Shown in pieces: positions 9,252 to 18,591 of a stretch of DNA of 64,000 bases. Both the position numbers and the translations under genes were made by a program. The stretch comes from Candidatus Roizmanbacteria bacterium CG_4_9_14_0_2_um_filter_35_15 (lineage in GTDB: Bacteria; Patescibacteriota; Microgenomatia; UBA1406; GWC2-37-13). The stretch spans positions 1,464-65,463 of the forward strand of contig PFRZ01000009.1 of NCBI GenBank assembly GCA_002788805.1, written 5' to 3'. Numbering within the stretch: the stretch's first letter is position 1; each line of letters starts with the position of its first letter. Below the pieces are notes generated by a model that was not told the DNA's origin, did not search any database, and saw nothing but the letters and a program-made list of their open reading frames with translations.

Positions 9252-10436
9252 ATGGCACAAGGTGTATTTCAGAGGAATAAACCTCATTTAAATATTGGAA
9301 CAATTGGTCATGTAGACCACGGAAAAACCACTTTAACTTCGGCGATTCATTATGTTCTTTCCAAAAAAGGTCAAGCACAGTTTTTAAAGTATGAAGATAT
9401 TGATAAAGCTCCAGAGGAAAGAGCTAGAGGCGTTACCATTAATCTTCACCACAGCGAATACGAAACCGATAAGCGTCATTACGCTCACATTGACGCTCCA
9501 GGACATGCTGACTATATTAAAAACATGATTACTGGAGCAGCCCAGATGGATGGAGCGATTTTAGTCGTTTCTGCGCCAGATGGACCGATGCCGCAAACCA
9601 GAGAGCATATTCTTTTAGCTCGTCAGGTTAATGTACCGGCCATTATTGTCTTTTTAAATAAAACTGACATGGTGGCTGATAAAGAAATTCTTGATCTGGT
9701 TGAGATGGAGGTTCGCGATCTGTTAACGAAATATAAATTTCCTGGAGACAAAATTCCGGTGATTCGCGGATCAGCTCTTAAAGCATTAGCTGATGATCCA
9801 GAAGCAATTAAGTCGATTGAAGAACTAATTGCCAAAGTTGACGAATATATTCCAGAGCCGGTCAGACCAGTTGACAAACCGTTCTTAATGCCCATTGAAG
9901 ACGTTTTCACTATTTCCGGTCGAGGAACTGTGGTTACCGGAAGAGTAGAAAGAGGAATCTGCAAGATTAACGATGAGGTGGAAATTGTGGGTATTAAAGA
10001 AACGAAAAAAACCGTCGTCACCGGAGTGGAGATGTTTAGAAAAACTCTTGATGAGGCGAGAGCAGGGGACAATGTTGGTCTACTTTTAAGAGGAGTGGAA
10101 AAAGACGATGTTTTAAGAGGTCAAGTAGTGGCCAAACCAGGCTCAATTACTCCTCATACTGAATTTGAGGCGGAGATCTATGTCTTAACTAAAGAAGAAG
10201 GTGGTCGTCATACTCCTTTTTTCAAAGGCTATCGACCACAGTTCTATATCAAAACCACCGATATTACCGGTGAAGTTCAGTTGCCGGCGGGAGTGGAAAT
10301 GGTTATGCCAGGAGACAATATTAAGATTACCGCTAAACTAATCTATCCGGTGGCAATGGAAGAGGGACTAAAGTTCGCTATTCGTGAGGGTGGCCATACG
10401 GTCGGAGCAGGAGTAGTGATTAAAATCATTAAATGA
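9252..10436 (+). CDS. tuf: Elongation factor Tu
   Basis: [26 protein letters not shown]; full-length EF-Tu. Confidence 0.99.
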   Translation: MAQGVFQRNKPHLNIGTIGHVDHGKTTLTSAIHYVLSKKGQAQFLKYEDIDKAPEERARGVTINLHHSEYETDKRHYAHIDAPGHADYIKNMITGAAQMDGAILVVSAPDGPMPQTREHILLARQVNVPAIIVFLNKTDMVADKEILDLVEMEVRDLLTKYKFPGDKIPVIRGSALKALADDPEAIKSIEELIAKVDEYIPEPVRPVDKPFLMPIEDVFTISGRGTVVTGRVERGICKINDEVEIVGIKETKKTVVTGVEMFRKTLDEARAGDNVGLLLRGVEKDDVLRGQVVAKPGSITPHTEFEAEIYVLTKEEGGRHTPFFKGYRPQFYIKTTDITGEVQLPAGVEMVMPGDNIKITAKLIYPVAMEEGLKFAIREGGHTVGAGVVIKIIK

Positions 10437-10438
10437 TT

Positions 10439-10508
10439 CCAATCTACGAATGAATTCGAATCAACTAATATTTGTAGATTAGTATAAATTAGTAGATTAG
10501 AATCTTAA
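10439..10508. repeat. Family C 70-bp imperfect palindromic element, copy 1
   Basis: 65/70 identical by manual alignment to the reverse complement of 27686-27755. Confidence 0.85.
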
Positions 10509-10521
10509 TTTGCACCTTAAT

Positions 10522-10830
10522 ATGCCGAAAGGAAGAATAAGAATTAGACTGAAGTCATATGATCACAGATTAATCGATGAAACCTGTCAAAAGATTGTTG
10601 ATACGGCAATCAGGACAGGTGCTTCAATTATTGGTCCGATTCCTCTTCCGACAAAAAAAGAGGTTTATGTTGTTAATAAAGCACCCTTTATTGATAAAAA
10701 CGCCCGCGAACATTTCGGCTTAAAAATTCATAAAAGATTAATTGATATTGTCAATCCCACTAATCAAACCATTGATTCTCTTATGCATCTTGAACTTCCC
10801 GCTGGTGTTGAGGTTGAGGTAAAGATGTAG
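10522..10830 (+). CDS. rpsJ: 30S ribosomal protein uS10
   Basis: RIRIRLKSYDHR, GPIPLPT, HKRLIDI, LPAGV; ATG at 10522. Confidence 0.97.
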   Translation: MPKGRIRIRLKSYDHRLIDETCQKIVDTAIRTGASIIGPIPLPTKKEVYVVNKAPFIDKNAREHFGLKIHKRLIDIVNPTNQTIDSLMHLELPAGVEVEVKM

Positions 10831-10848
10831 ACTATCCTTCATTTTCAT

Positions 10849-10877
10849 TTGACCGCCAGAAATTCATAGTATATAAT
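10849..10877 (+). promoter_or_regulatory. Internal sigma70 promoter upstream of rplC
   Basis: TTGACC-17 nt-TATAAT. Confidence 0.7.
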
Positions 10878-10943
10878 TTGTAAACATGTTAATTATCCTT
10901 TGTTCGGGAACTAAGGATTAATATTTTTTCCGGATTGGAATTT

Positions 10944-10970
10944 ATAGCCCCAATCTGGGGCTATTTTTTT
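10944..10970 (+). terminator. Terminator/attenuator-like hairpin directly before rplC
   Basis: ATAGCCCC-AATCT-GGGGCTAT then a T-run ending at the ATG (10971). Confidence 0.6.
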
Positions 10971-11669
10971 ATGACAGGATTTATTTTAGGAGAAAAATCA
11001 GAACAGTCACAGACTTTTAATGATAAAGGAGAGAGAATTCCAACGACTTTTATTAAGACGACTAACTGTTATCTTCTTGATATCACTACTCCTCAAAAAA
11101 GAGGCTATTTTGCTGTTAAACTTGGATTTGGTCAGAGCAAAAACATCAAAAAACCAGTTCAAGGAGAGTTAACAAAAGCGGGGATAAAAACCCCGCTTCG
11201 TTTTTTGAAAGAAATTCGTTTGGACTTTCCTGTTACCCGAAAGAAGAGTTTAAAAGACAAGGTAAAGTTAATTGAAGAAGACGGTAAAAAAGGGCTTTCA
11301 ATAAAAGAAGTAAAAATCTTTGTTGGTGAGCCTTTAAAAACCGCCGCTCTTTTTAAAAAAGGGGATCAAATAGCTGTTTCTGGGATTTCTAAAGGAAAAG
11401 GTTTTCAAGGAGTGGTGAAGCGTCATCACTTTAAAGGTGGACCGAGAACTCATGGTCAATCTCATAGCGAGAGGGCGCCGGGATCAGTGGGAATGACAAC
11501 AACGCCGGGCCGAATCTTTAAAGGTAAAAGAATGGCTGGTCGGATGGGAGGGGAAAGAGTCACTATTAAATATTTACAAGTAGTCGAAGTAAAAGAAGAA
11601 GGATTATTAATTAAGGGATTAGTTCCTGGCTATAGGGGAGCTTTATTAGAAGTGATAGCCGAACAATAA
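10971..11669 (+). CDS. rplC: 50S ribosomal protein uL3
   Basis: SKGKGFQGVVKRH, THG, RAPGS, GKRMAGRMG; ATG at 10971. Confidence 0.97.
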   Translation: MTGFILGEKSEQSQTFNDKGERIPTTFIKTTNCYLLDITTPQKRGYFAVKLGFGQSKNIKKPVQGELTKAGIKTPLRFLKEIRLDFPVTRKKSLKDKVKLIEEDGKKGLSIKEVKIFVGEPLKTAALFKKGDQIAVSGISKGKGFQGVVKRHHFKGGPRTHGQSHSERAPGSVGMTTTPGRIFKGKRMAGRMGGERVTIKYLQVVEVKEEGLLIKGLVPGYRGALLEVIAEQ

Positions 11670-11677
11670 ATCATAAA

Positions 11678-12349
11678 ATGGCTAAGGTTAAAAAAGAAAC
11701 AAGTGGTCTATCAATTCCTGTTTATGGTTTAAAAGGCGAGAAGACAGGAGAACTGAAGTTAGCAAAAGAGATTTTTAAAGTAAAAATGAACCCTAAACTT
11801 TTAGCTCAATATGTTCATGTCTATTTAACTAATCAAAGACAGGGGACAGCTTCGGCTAAGACCCGAGGAGAGGTTTCCGGTTCAACCAGGAAGATCTATC
11901 GACAAAAAGGCACTGGTCGAGCGAGACATGGTTCTATTAAAGCTCCGATTTTTGTCGGAGGAGGAATAGTCGGCGGACCAAAACCAAAAGATTATTTTTT
12001 AAAGATGAATAAAAAACAAAAAAAACAGGCATTATTTAGCGCTTTAAGTCTAAAATTGGCGGAAAAAAATATCATTGCTTTTAATAAGACCATCTTTAAT
12101 ATTGAGCCAAAAACAAAAATAATAGATAGTCTTCTTGCGAAAATCGGTTTAAATGAAAAAAAGGTGGTTTTTATTTTACCAAAGATGGAAAAAAACAACT
12201 TTATCTTAGCCGTAAGGAATATTCCTCATCTGGTTGTTACTGATGCCGTATCTTTAAACGCCTATCAAGTATTAGAGAATCATTTTTTAGTTTTTATTGA
12301 CAAGGCAGTAGAAGTTTTTTATCAACATTTTTTTAAACATGAAGATTAA
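11678..12349 (+). CDS. rplD: 50S ribosomal protein uL4
   Basis: RQGTASAKTRGEVSGS, QKGTGRARHGS. Confidence 0.97.
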   Translation: MAKVKKETSGLSIPVYGLKGEKTGELKLAKEIFKVKMNPKLLAQYVHVYLTNQRQGTASAKTRGEVSGSTRKIYRQKGTGRARHGSIKAPIFVGGGIVGGPKPKDYFLKMNKKQKKQALFSALSLKLAEKNIIAFNKTIFNIEPKTKIIDSLLAKIGLNEKKVVFILPKMEKNNFILAVRNIPHLVVTDAVSLNAYQVLENHFLVFIDKAVEVFYQHFFKHED

Positions 12350-12626
12350 TGAAGTCTTAGTTGGTCCGGTATTAACAGAAAAGGCGACTAATTTAGCCAA
12401 GAATCAGACCTATATGTTTGAGGTTCATCTTAAAGCTTCTAAACCCCAGATAAAGACAGCGGTGGAAAAACTTTTTCCCGTTAAAGTTGCCAAGGTCCGT
12501 CTTTTTATTAGAAAAGGTAAGGTAAAAAAAGTCGGTCGGAGGATGAAAGCTAAAAAAACCTCTAGCCAGAAACTAGCCTATGTTAAGTTAAGGGAGGGAA
12601 AACTTGATCTGTTTCCTCAAACCTAA
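12339..12626 (+). CDS. rplW: 50S ribosomal protein uL23
   Basis: PVLTEKA, KPQIKTAVEKLF; position in operon. Confidence 0.95.
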   Translation: MKINEVLVGPVLTEKATNLAKNQTYMFEVHLKASKPQIKTAVEKLFPVKVAKVRLFIRKGKVKKVGRRMKAKKTSSQKLAYVKLREGKLDLFPQT

Positions 12627-12628
12627 AT

Positions 12629-13405
12629 ATGAATAAACAAAATTTAATAGATAAAAAAGCTAAGCTAGTCAAGAGCTTAAGATTTATTCTAAAAAATAGA
12701 GCTGGTAGAGACTCAAGTGGAACTGTATCTGTTCGTCATCGAGGCCATCGCAGTAAAAGATATTATCGAATCATTGATTTTAAAAGAGATAAAAAAGATA
12801 TTCCCGCAACCGTATTAAGAATTGAGAAAGACCCTTATCGTAACTCCCTAATCGCTTTAGTGAAATATCAAGATGGTCAGTTAAGATATGTTTTACAGTC
12901 TAATGGGCTTAAAGTTGGCGATAAAATAATCAATTCGGAAAAAGCAGAAATAAAAAACGGCAACAGTCTGCCTTTAAAAAATATTCCTATTGGCATCAGC
13001 GTTCATAATATTGAGTTATATCCTGGACAAGGTGGTCAGATGGTAAGAGCAGCTGGTGGAATGGCCACGGTTATTGCTAAAGAAGATAAATATGTTCATT
13101 TAAAATTACTCTCAGGAGAGATAAGGAAGTTTGCTGAAAACTGTTGGGCGACTGTTGGTCAAGTAGGCAATATTAATCATAAGGATGAAGTAATTGGTAA
13201 AGCCGGAAGAAAAATTAGGATGGGAATCAGACCGACAGTCCGTGGTACGGCCCAAAATCCTCGTAGTCATCCTCATGGAGGAGGAGAAGGCAGAAGTGGT
13301 GAAGGCATGCATCCGAAGACGCCGTGGGGGAAGCAAGCTCGAGGTAAAAAAACCAGGAAAAATCGTCTTTGGAGTGATTTTTTAATTATTCAAAGAAGAA
13401 AATAA
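12629..13405 (+). CDS. rplB: 50S ribosomal protein uL2
   Basis: YRIIDFKR, GKAGR, RPTVRG, HPHGGGEGR, TPWG. Confidence 0.97.
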   Translation: MNKQNLIDKKAKLVKSLRFILKNRAGRDSSGTVSVRHRGHRSKRYYRIIDFKRDKKDIPATVLRIEKDPYRNSLIALVKYQDGQLRYVLQSNGLKVGDKIINSEKAEIKNGNSLPLKNIPIGISVHNIELYPGQGGQMVRAAGGMATVIAKEDKYVHLKLLSGEIRKFAENCWATVGQVGNINHKDEVIGKAGRKIRMGIRPTVRGTAQNPRSHPHGGGEGRSGEGMHPKTPWGKQARGKKTRKNRLWSDFLIIQRRK

Positions 13406-13414
13406 TCAACAACT

Positions 13415-13822
13415 ATGGAATCAAAAACCTATCTAAAAAATTTAAAAATTTCACCTAAAAAATTGAGGTTTTTATTACCGGCAGTGAAAAAAATGAAACC
13501 GGCTAAATCTTTGGACTACCTGTTTTATACAAACAATAAACCAGCTAAAGTACTGTATCAAGTAATAAAGTCAGCGATATCTAACGCAAAAACTCTCTTA
13601 AAAGTCAGTGATGATATGTTAAACTTTAAGCTTTTAACAGTAGAAGAAGGACAAAAACTAAAGAGATCTCGACCAGGCGGAAGAGGCACTGCAAAACCAA
13701 TAATAAAAAGAATGAGCCATATTAAAATAGTACTTGAAGCATCAGAAATTCCAAATTCTAAGCACCAAATTACAAATAAATCCCAAATTCAAAATTCTAA
13801 ATCCAAAACAAAAAAAATTTAG
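13415..13822 (+). CDS. rplV: 50S ribosomal protein uL22 with repeat-derived C-terminal tail
   Basis: ISPKKLR, KSAISNA, SHIKIVL; tail SEIPNSKHQITNKSQIQNSKSK encoded by the family B repeat. Confidence 0.93.
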   Translation: MESKTYLKNLKISPKKLRFLLPAVKKMKPAKSLDYLFYTNNKPAKVLYQVIKSAISNAKTLLKVSDDMLNFKLLTVEEGQKLKRSRPGGRGTAKPIIKRMSHIKIVLEASEIPNSKHQITNKSQIQNSKSKTKKI

Positions 13823-13866
13823 TATTTAGAGTTTATTTGGGATTTGGAATTTAGTATTTAGAATTT
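13746..13866. repeat. Family B-like heptamer-periodic inverted element
   Basis: AAATNNN units (aaattcc aaattct ...) mirrored by NNNATTT units (..ggattt ggaattt agtattt agaattt). Confidence 0.8.
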
Positions 13867-13875
13867 ATAAAAAAT

Positions 13876-14511
13876 ATGGGACAAAAAGTTAATCCAAATG
13901 GTCTACGACTAGGCGTGATCCGCAACTGGAATTCGCGCTGGTTCTTCTCTGATAAAAAAGCTTACCGAAAAGCTCTAGAATCTGATATTAAAATCAGAAA
14001 TTTATTAATGGATAAGTTATCCTTTGCTTCGGTTACCCAGATTGATATTGAACGGGCAATTAATAAAATCACTGTTATTATCTATTCGGTTAAGCCAGGG
14101 ATGATTATTGGTCGAGGAGGAAAAGGCCTTGAGGAGATAAAAAACCAATTGAGTAAATTTTTTAAAATAAAGAAAGCTAAAGAAATGAAGATAGATCTGA
14201 AAATAGAACCGGTTAAAAAACCATATCTTAATGCTTATTATGTTGCCCAATCAATCGCCGAAAAGTTGGTAAAAGGATTTACTCATCGGTCAGTAGTTCA
14301 TCGGACGATGACTCGAGTGATTGAAGAAGGTGCCAAAGGAATAAAAGTTCAGTTAGGAGGAAGAATAGCTGGAGCAGAAATCTCCAGGCGGGAAAAGTAT
14401 TTTCAAGGAACTATTCCTACATCTACTATAAGAGAAGATATTGATTACGCTAATTATCCGGCCTTAACAAGATCAGGATATATTGGGGTTAAGATTTGGA
14501 TATGTAAATAG
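13876..14511 (+). CDS. rpsC: 30S ribosomal protein uS3
   Basis: MGQKVNPNGLRLG, PGMIIGRGG, GRIAGAEISR, GVKIWI. Confidence 0.97.
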   Translation: MGQKVNPNGLRLGVIRNWNSRWFFSDKKAYRKALESDIKIRNLLMDKLSFASVTQIDIERAINKITVIIYSVKPGMIIGRGGKGLEEIKNQLSKFFKIKKAKEMKIDLKIEPVKKPYLNAYYVAQSIAEKLVKGFTHRSVVHRTMTRVIEEGAKGIKVQLGGRIAGAEISRREKYFQGTIPTSTIREDIDYANYPALTRSGYIGVKIWICK

Positions 14512-14512
14512 T

Positions 14513-14923
14513 ATGCTAGCGCCAAAGAGACAAAAATTTAGAAAACAGTTTAGAGGAACTTTCCGAAGACTAGCAGTTAAAGGTGAAAAACTTAATTCTG
14601 GTAACTATGGTTTAAAGACATTGACTACTGGTTGGATTAAGGACAAAGAAATAGAAGCCAGTCGAATAATTTTAGCGAGAGCAACCAGAAAGAGTGGCAA
14701 ATTCTGGATAAGGATTTTTCCCGATAAGCCGTTTACGAAAAAACCGCCCGAAGTGACCATGGGAGCAGGAAAAGGCGATGTCGCTTATTATGTAGCCGTC
14801 GTGGCTCCAGGAAGAATTTTATTTGAGATTGACGGTTTGCCTAAAGAAGAGAGTAAGATAGTTTTAAAGATTGTCGCTTCGAAGCTTTCTGTTAAAACCA
14901 AAGTTATTAGTAAAGAACTATGA
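14513..14923 (+). CDS. rplP: 50S ribosomal protein uL16
   Basis: MLAPKRQKFRKQFRG, WIRIFPDKP, MGAGKG; ATG at 14513. Confidence 0.97.
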   Translation: MLAPKRQKFRKQFRGTFRRLAVKGEKLNSGNYGLKTLTTGWIKDKEIEASRIILARATRKSGKFWIRIFPDKPFTKKPPEVTMGAGKGDVAYYVAVVAPGRILFEIDGLPKEESKIVLKIVASKLSVKTKVISKEL

Positions 14924-15135
14924 AAAAAACCACTAAAAAATATCAAGAAAAAGATATCAGTGAATTAAAAAAAGAGAGCTTAAGGCTTAGAGAAGAAATC
15001 GCCAAACTTAAATTAACCAACCAGATAAAACCGCCAAAAGACACTAATTTTTTAATAAAAAAAAGAAAAGAATTAGCCGTTTTATTAACAGTTCTCTCGG
15101 AAAAAGAGGTTTATGAAAAAAATCCTAATCGGTAA
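14920..15135 (+). CDS. rpmC: 50S ribosomal protein uL29
   Basis: Helical 71-aa protein with RKELAVLLTVL, between rplP and rpsQ. Confidence 0.88.
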   Translation: MKKTTKKYQEKDISELKKESLRLREEIAKLKLTNQIKPPKDTNFLIKKRKELAVLLTVLSEKEVYEKNPNR

Positions 15136-15394
15136 AGTTGTCTCAAACAAAATGCTAAAAACAGTTGTTGTTATGGTGGAGAGAAAGTTTCGCTATCCTT
15201 TATATAAGAAAGTAATTACCAGACACAAAAAATATCAAGTACATAATGAGGATTTACAGCTAAATGTAGGCGATATAGTTAGAATTAGCGAAACGAAGCC
15301 AATATCGAAAAACAAGCATTTTATTGTTATTGAGAAGATAAATGACAAATCTCAAATAACAAATAACAAATCAAGTTCAAATGTCAAAAAATAA
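15113..15394 (+). CDS. rpsQ: 30S ribosomal protein uS17 with repeat-derived tail
   Basis: GKVVSNKMLKTVVV, GDIVRISETKPISKNKHF; tail NDKSQITNNKSSSNVKK. Confidence 0.95.
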   Translation: MKKILIGKVVSNKMLKTVVVMVERKFRYPLYKKVITRHKKYQVHNEDLQLNVGDIVRISETKPISKNKHFIVIEKINDKSQITNNKSSSNVKK

Positions 15395-15460
15395 ATTTTT
15401 AAACATTTGATATTAAAAATTTGTTATTGATTTGAAATTTGAAATTTGTCATTTGAATTT
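15340..15460. repeat. Family B heptamer-periodic inverted element
   Basis: aatgacaaat..aaataacaaatcaa..ttttaaacatttga..atttgttattgatttgaaatttga..tttgtcatttgaa; homologous to 30141-30264. Confidence 0.85.
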
Positions 15461-15474
15461 TTTTTAATTTTAAT

Positions 15475-15849
15475 ATGTTGCAAACAAGGTCGATCTTAAA
15501 TGTCGCTGATAACACCGGCGCCAAAAAAGTATCAATGATTGGTATGCCAGCCAAAGGTAATCGAAGATATGCTTATATCAGCGATGCGATCACTATTTCC
15601 GTCAAAGAGGCGATTCCTTTTGCTCAAGTCAAAAAGGGCGAGGTGCTGCCGGCGGTTGTTGTTAGAACAAAGAAAGAAAAAAAAAGAAAAGACGGCAGTT
15701 ATATACGTTTTGATGACAACGCCTGTGTTATTTTAGCCGGTAAAGGGATGAAGGATCCTAAAGGGACAAGAGTATTTGGCCCGATTGCTAAAGAAATAAA
15801 AGATAATGGTTTTGCCAAAATTGCTAGTTTAGCAGAGGAAATATATTAG
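15475..15849 (+). CDS. rplN: 50S ribosomal protein uL14
   Basis: VADNTGAK, DGSYIRFDDNACV, GTRVFGPI. Confidence 0.98.
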   Translation: MLQTRSILNVADNTGAKKVSMIGMPAKGNRRYAYISDAITISVKEAIPFAQVKKGEVLPAVVVRTKKEKKRKDGSYIRFDDNACVILAGKGMKDPKGTRVFGPIAKEIKDNGFAKIASLAEEIY

Positions 15850-15886
15850 TTTTTAAAGTTATAAAGTTCATAAAGTTTATAAAGAA
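15848..15886 (+). repeat. Family A tandem array
   Basis: ttttaaagttataaagttcataaagtttataaag before the rplX ATG. Confidence 0.8.
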
Positions 15887-16192
15887 ATGAAGATTAAAAA
15901 AGGAGATAAAGTCAAAGTTATGGCAGGGAAAGATAAAGGTAGAGAAGGGAAAGTAGAAAAAGTTTATTTAAAGAGCGATAAAGTTTTAATCGCTAATATT
16001 AATATCTATAAAAGACATGTAAAAAAAAGCGAACAGATGCCTAAAGGTGGAATAGTAGATGTGCCGAGACCATTAGCCGTTTCTAAAGTGATAGTCATCT
16101 GTTCTAAATGCGGTAAGACAACGAGAATAGGTTATAAGATAGAAAAAAGTAAAAAATATAGGGTATGTAAGAAATGTAAGAGCAAGATTTGA
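15887..16192 (+). CDS. rplX: 50S ribosomal protein uL24
   Basis: KIKKGDKVKVMAGKDKGREG KOW motif; two CxxC pairs. Confidence 0.96.
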   Translation: MKIKKGDKVKVMAGKDKGREGKVEKVYLKSDKVLIANINIYKRHVKKSEQMPKGGIVDVPRPLAVSKVIVICSKCGKTTRIGYKIEKSKKYRVCKKCKSKI

Positions 16193-16224
16193 AGCAATAT
16201 AACAATTTAACAATATAACAATAT
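16193..16224 (+). repeat. 8-mer tandem repeat (AACAATAT-like x4) running into the rplE ATG
   Basis: agcaatat aacaattt aacaatat aacaatat g. Confidence 0.7.
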
Positions 16225-16765
16225 GAATTTCAAGGACTATTACAATCAGGAGGTTAAGAAGAAATTGATGACCGATGTTAAGATAGCTAATATAATAGCA
16301 GTTCCAAAAATCGTCAAAATCGTCATTAATGTCGGTGCTGGTGAAGCGGTCACTAACAAAGGAGCGATAGATAAAATTAAAGACCAGTTGGCGACGATTA
16401 CCGGTCAACGTCCGGTAGTCACCAAGGCGAGAGTTTCTATATCAGCTTTTAAAATAAGAAAAGGATTGCCTATTGGTGTTAAGGTTACTCTTCGAGGAAA
16501 AAAGATGTTTGATTTTCTTGAGAAGTTAATAAAGATTGTCATTCCCGGAGTTCGAGATTTTAAAGGTATTTCCGAAAAAAACCTTGATCAACATGGAAAT
16601 TTAAATCTTGGTTTTTCTGAACAGACGATTTTTCCCGAGATAGACTTTGACAAAATTGATAAAATAAGAGGCTTAGAGGTAACAGTTGTTACTAATGCGA
16701 GGAGTCAAGTGTATGGTAAAAAGTTATTTGAGTTATTGGGAATACCATTTAGAAAAAGTTTATAA
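16223..16765 (+). CDS. rplE: 50S ribosomal protein uL5
   Basis: PKIVKIVINVGAG, ITGQRP, GVKVTLRG, RDFKG. Confidence 0.98.
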   Translation: MNFKDYYNQEVKKKLMTDVKIANIIAVPKIVKIVINVGAGEAVTNKGAIDKIKDQLATITGQRPVVTKARVSISAFKIRKGLPIGVKVTLRGKKMFDFLEKLIKIVIPGVRDFKGISEKNLDQHGNLNLGFSEQTIFPEIDFDKIDKIRGLEVTVVTNARSQVYGKKLFELLGIPFRKSL

Positions 16766-16792
16766 AGTTATAAAGTTTATAAAGTCATAAAG
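16755..16792 (+). repeat. Family A tandem array
   Basis: aaagtttataaagttataaagtttataaagtcataaag before the rpsN ATG. Confidence 0.8.
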
Positions 16793-16978
16793 ATGGCGAA
16801 AACATCAGATGAAGTAAAATTTAAAAAAAAACAGAAGTATCAAATTAGATATCATAATCGCTGTTTTTTTTGCGGTCGATCTCGGGGTTATTTAAGGCGC
16901 TTTGGTATGTGTCGCATATGTTTTAGAGAAAAAGCGTTAAAAGGAGAAATTCCTGGAGTTAAAAAATTGACTTGGTAA
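16793..16978 (+). CDS. rpsN: 30S ribosomal protein uS14 (Zn-binding, 61-aa type)
   Basis: [26 protein letters not shown]. Confidence 0.96.
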   Translation: MAKTSDEVKFKKKQKYQIRYHNRCFFCGRSRGYLRRFGMCRICFREKALKGEIPGVKKLTW

Positions 16979-16984
16979 AAAAAT

Positions 16985-17269
16985 ATGGCAAGATCAGTAA
17001 AAAAAGGTCCTTATATCGATGAAAATTTGTTGAAAAAGGTTCTTAAACAAAAAGAAAACAAAAATAATGAGCCGATCAAAACTTGGGCGCGTAATTCGCA
17101 GATCGCTCCGGAATTTGTTGGTCATCGAATGGCTATTCATAATGGTCGAAAATTTATTGAAGTTTATATTTCCGAATCGATGGTTGGTCATCGGTTAGGC
17201 GAGTTTGCTCCTACTCGTACTTTTAGAAGTCACGGTAAGGTGACTAAAAAGGTAATGGAAGCAACTTAA
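16985..17269 (+). CDS. rpsS: 30S ribosomal protein uS19 (relocated)
   Basis: [36 protein letters not shown]. Confidence 0.98.
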   Translation: MARSVKKGPYIDENLLKKVLKQKENKNNEPIKTWARNSQIAPEFVGHRMAIHNGRKFIEVYISESMVGHRLGEFAPTRTFRSHGKVTKKVMEAT

Positions 17270-17273
17270 ACTT

Positions 17274-17660
17274 ATGGAAAACAGTGTTATTAACTTAATA
17301 ATTGTTATTAAAAACGGCTATTTGGCGAGAAAAGAAACGGTTGTTGTCTCTTTTTCTTGTTTTAAAGAAGCGATTGCCAAAAAATTAGTTGACTTAAAGT
17401 TTATCAAAAACTATAAAATCGATTGCAATAAAATCAAAAAAATTATTATTAATCTTAGCTATGAAAAAGGAGAGCCGGTTTTTTCCGATGTAAAAATTTA
17501 TTCGACACCAGGACGAAGAGATTATGTTTCTTATCGCGATTTGAAGCCAGTGTTAAGCGGTTATGGTCATTCGATTCTATCAACATCGCTAGGTATTCTA
17601 ACTGGCAAAGAAGCAAAGTCAAAGAAAGTTGGCGGCGAGTTATTATTTAGTATTTGGTGA
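17274..17660 (+). CDS. rpsH: 30S ribosomal protein uS8
   Basis: IKNG, STPGRR.Y, ILSTSLGILT, VGGELL. Confidence 0.95.
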   Translation: MENSVINLIIVIKNGYLARKETVVVSFSCFKEAIAKKLVDLKFIKNYKIDCNKIKKIIINLSYEKGEPVFSDVKIYSTPGRRDYVSYRDLKPVLSGYGHSILSTSLGILTGKEAKSKKVGGELLFSIW

Positions 17661-17667
17661 AGTTATT

Positions 17668-18225
17668 ATGTCAAAAATTGGAACAAAAGTCATCAATTGG
17701 CCATCTCAAATTAAAATTGAGATTGAAGGAAAAAAAGTGACAATCAAAGGATCAGCTGGTGAGATGACAGTTACTCTCCCTGAATCACTTTCTATCCTAC
17801 AGAAAGAAAGCAGTCTGGTTCTCCAAAGAACCAGCGAAGAAAAAAAGATAAAATCCCTTCATGGTTTGTATCGTCAGTTGATAAATAATGCTGTTATTGG
17901 AGTAGAAAAACCATGGGAAAAACAGTTGGAGATAGTAGGAACGGGTTACAATGTTAAACTTCAAGGCGAAGATCTAGTTTTTAAAGTGGGATATATTCAT
18001 CCGGTTGTTTTCAAAAAACCAGCAGGAGTGAAATTTCAAACAGAAGGAAATAATAAAATTAAAGTTATCGGAGTAGATAAACAACTAGTCGGCCAGGTGG
18101 CTTTTCAGATAAAAATGATAAAAAAACCTGATGTTTATAAAGGCAAAGGAATTAAGTATTTGGGTGAAAAATTAAGAATTAAGCCGGGAAAAAAAGCAAA
18201 AGCCGCCGGACCGGTAACTCAATAA
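17668..18225 (+). CDS. rplF: 50S ribosomal protein uL6
   Basis: MSKIG, HGLYRQLINN, DKQLVGQVA, PDVYKGKGIKY. Confidence 0.97.
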   Translation: MSKIGTKVINWPSQIKIEIEGKKVTIKGSAGEMTVTLPESLSILQKESSLVLQRTSEEKKIKSLHGLYRQLINNAVIGVEKPWEKQLEIVGTGYNVKLQGEDLVFKVGYIHPVVFKKPAGVKFQTEGNNKIKVIGVDKQLVGQVAFQIKMIKKPDVYKGKGIKYLGEKLRIKPGKKAKAAGPVTQ

Positions 18226-18228
18226 TCT

Positions 18229-18591
18229 ATGAAAAAAATAAATTTTAACCGTCTCTTAAGAAGAAAAAGAAGAGTTAGTGCCAATATAAAAGGTACTAGT
18301 TTCAAACCACGGATTAATGTCTTTCGCTCTAACTATTATATCTATGCTCAAGCCATCGATGATGAAAAAAAAGCCACCATCGTTTCCTATTCTTCTTTGA
18401 ATTTAAAAAAAGAAAAGGATTTTCAGAAAAACAAAAAAACCGAAGAAGCAAAAAAAATTGGCATAAAATTGGCAATGATTCTAAAAAAGAAAAAGATAAC
18501 CGAGGCTGTTTTTGATCGGAGCATCTATGTTTATCAAGGACGAGTTAAAGCTTTAGCCGAGGGAATACGAGAAGGAGGGATAAAAATATGA
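18229..18591 (+). CDS. rplR: 50S ribosomal protein uL18
   Basis: PRINVFRSN.YIYAQAIDD, VFDR..Y.GRVKALAEG. Confidence 0.96.
   Translation: MKKINFNRLLRRKRRVSANIKGTSFKPRINVFRSNYYIYAQAIDDEKKATIVSYSSLNLKKEKDFQKNKKTEEAKKIGIKLAMILKKKKITEAVFDRSIYVYQGRVKALAEGIREGGIKI

Noticed and set aside
9623..10072. 149-aa antisense ORF in tuf, and similar shadow ORFs (e.g. 118-312, 16073-16408, 56914-57207, 57215-57556, 57540-57851)
   Set aside because: They overlap well-supported conserved genes and show no recognisable motifs
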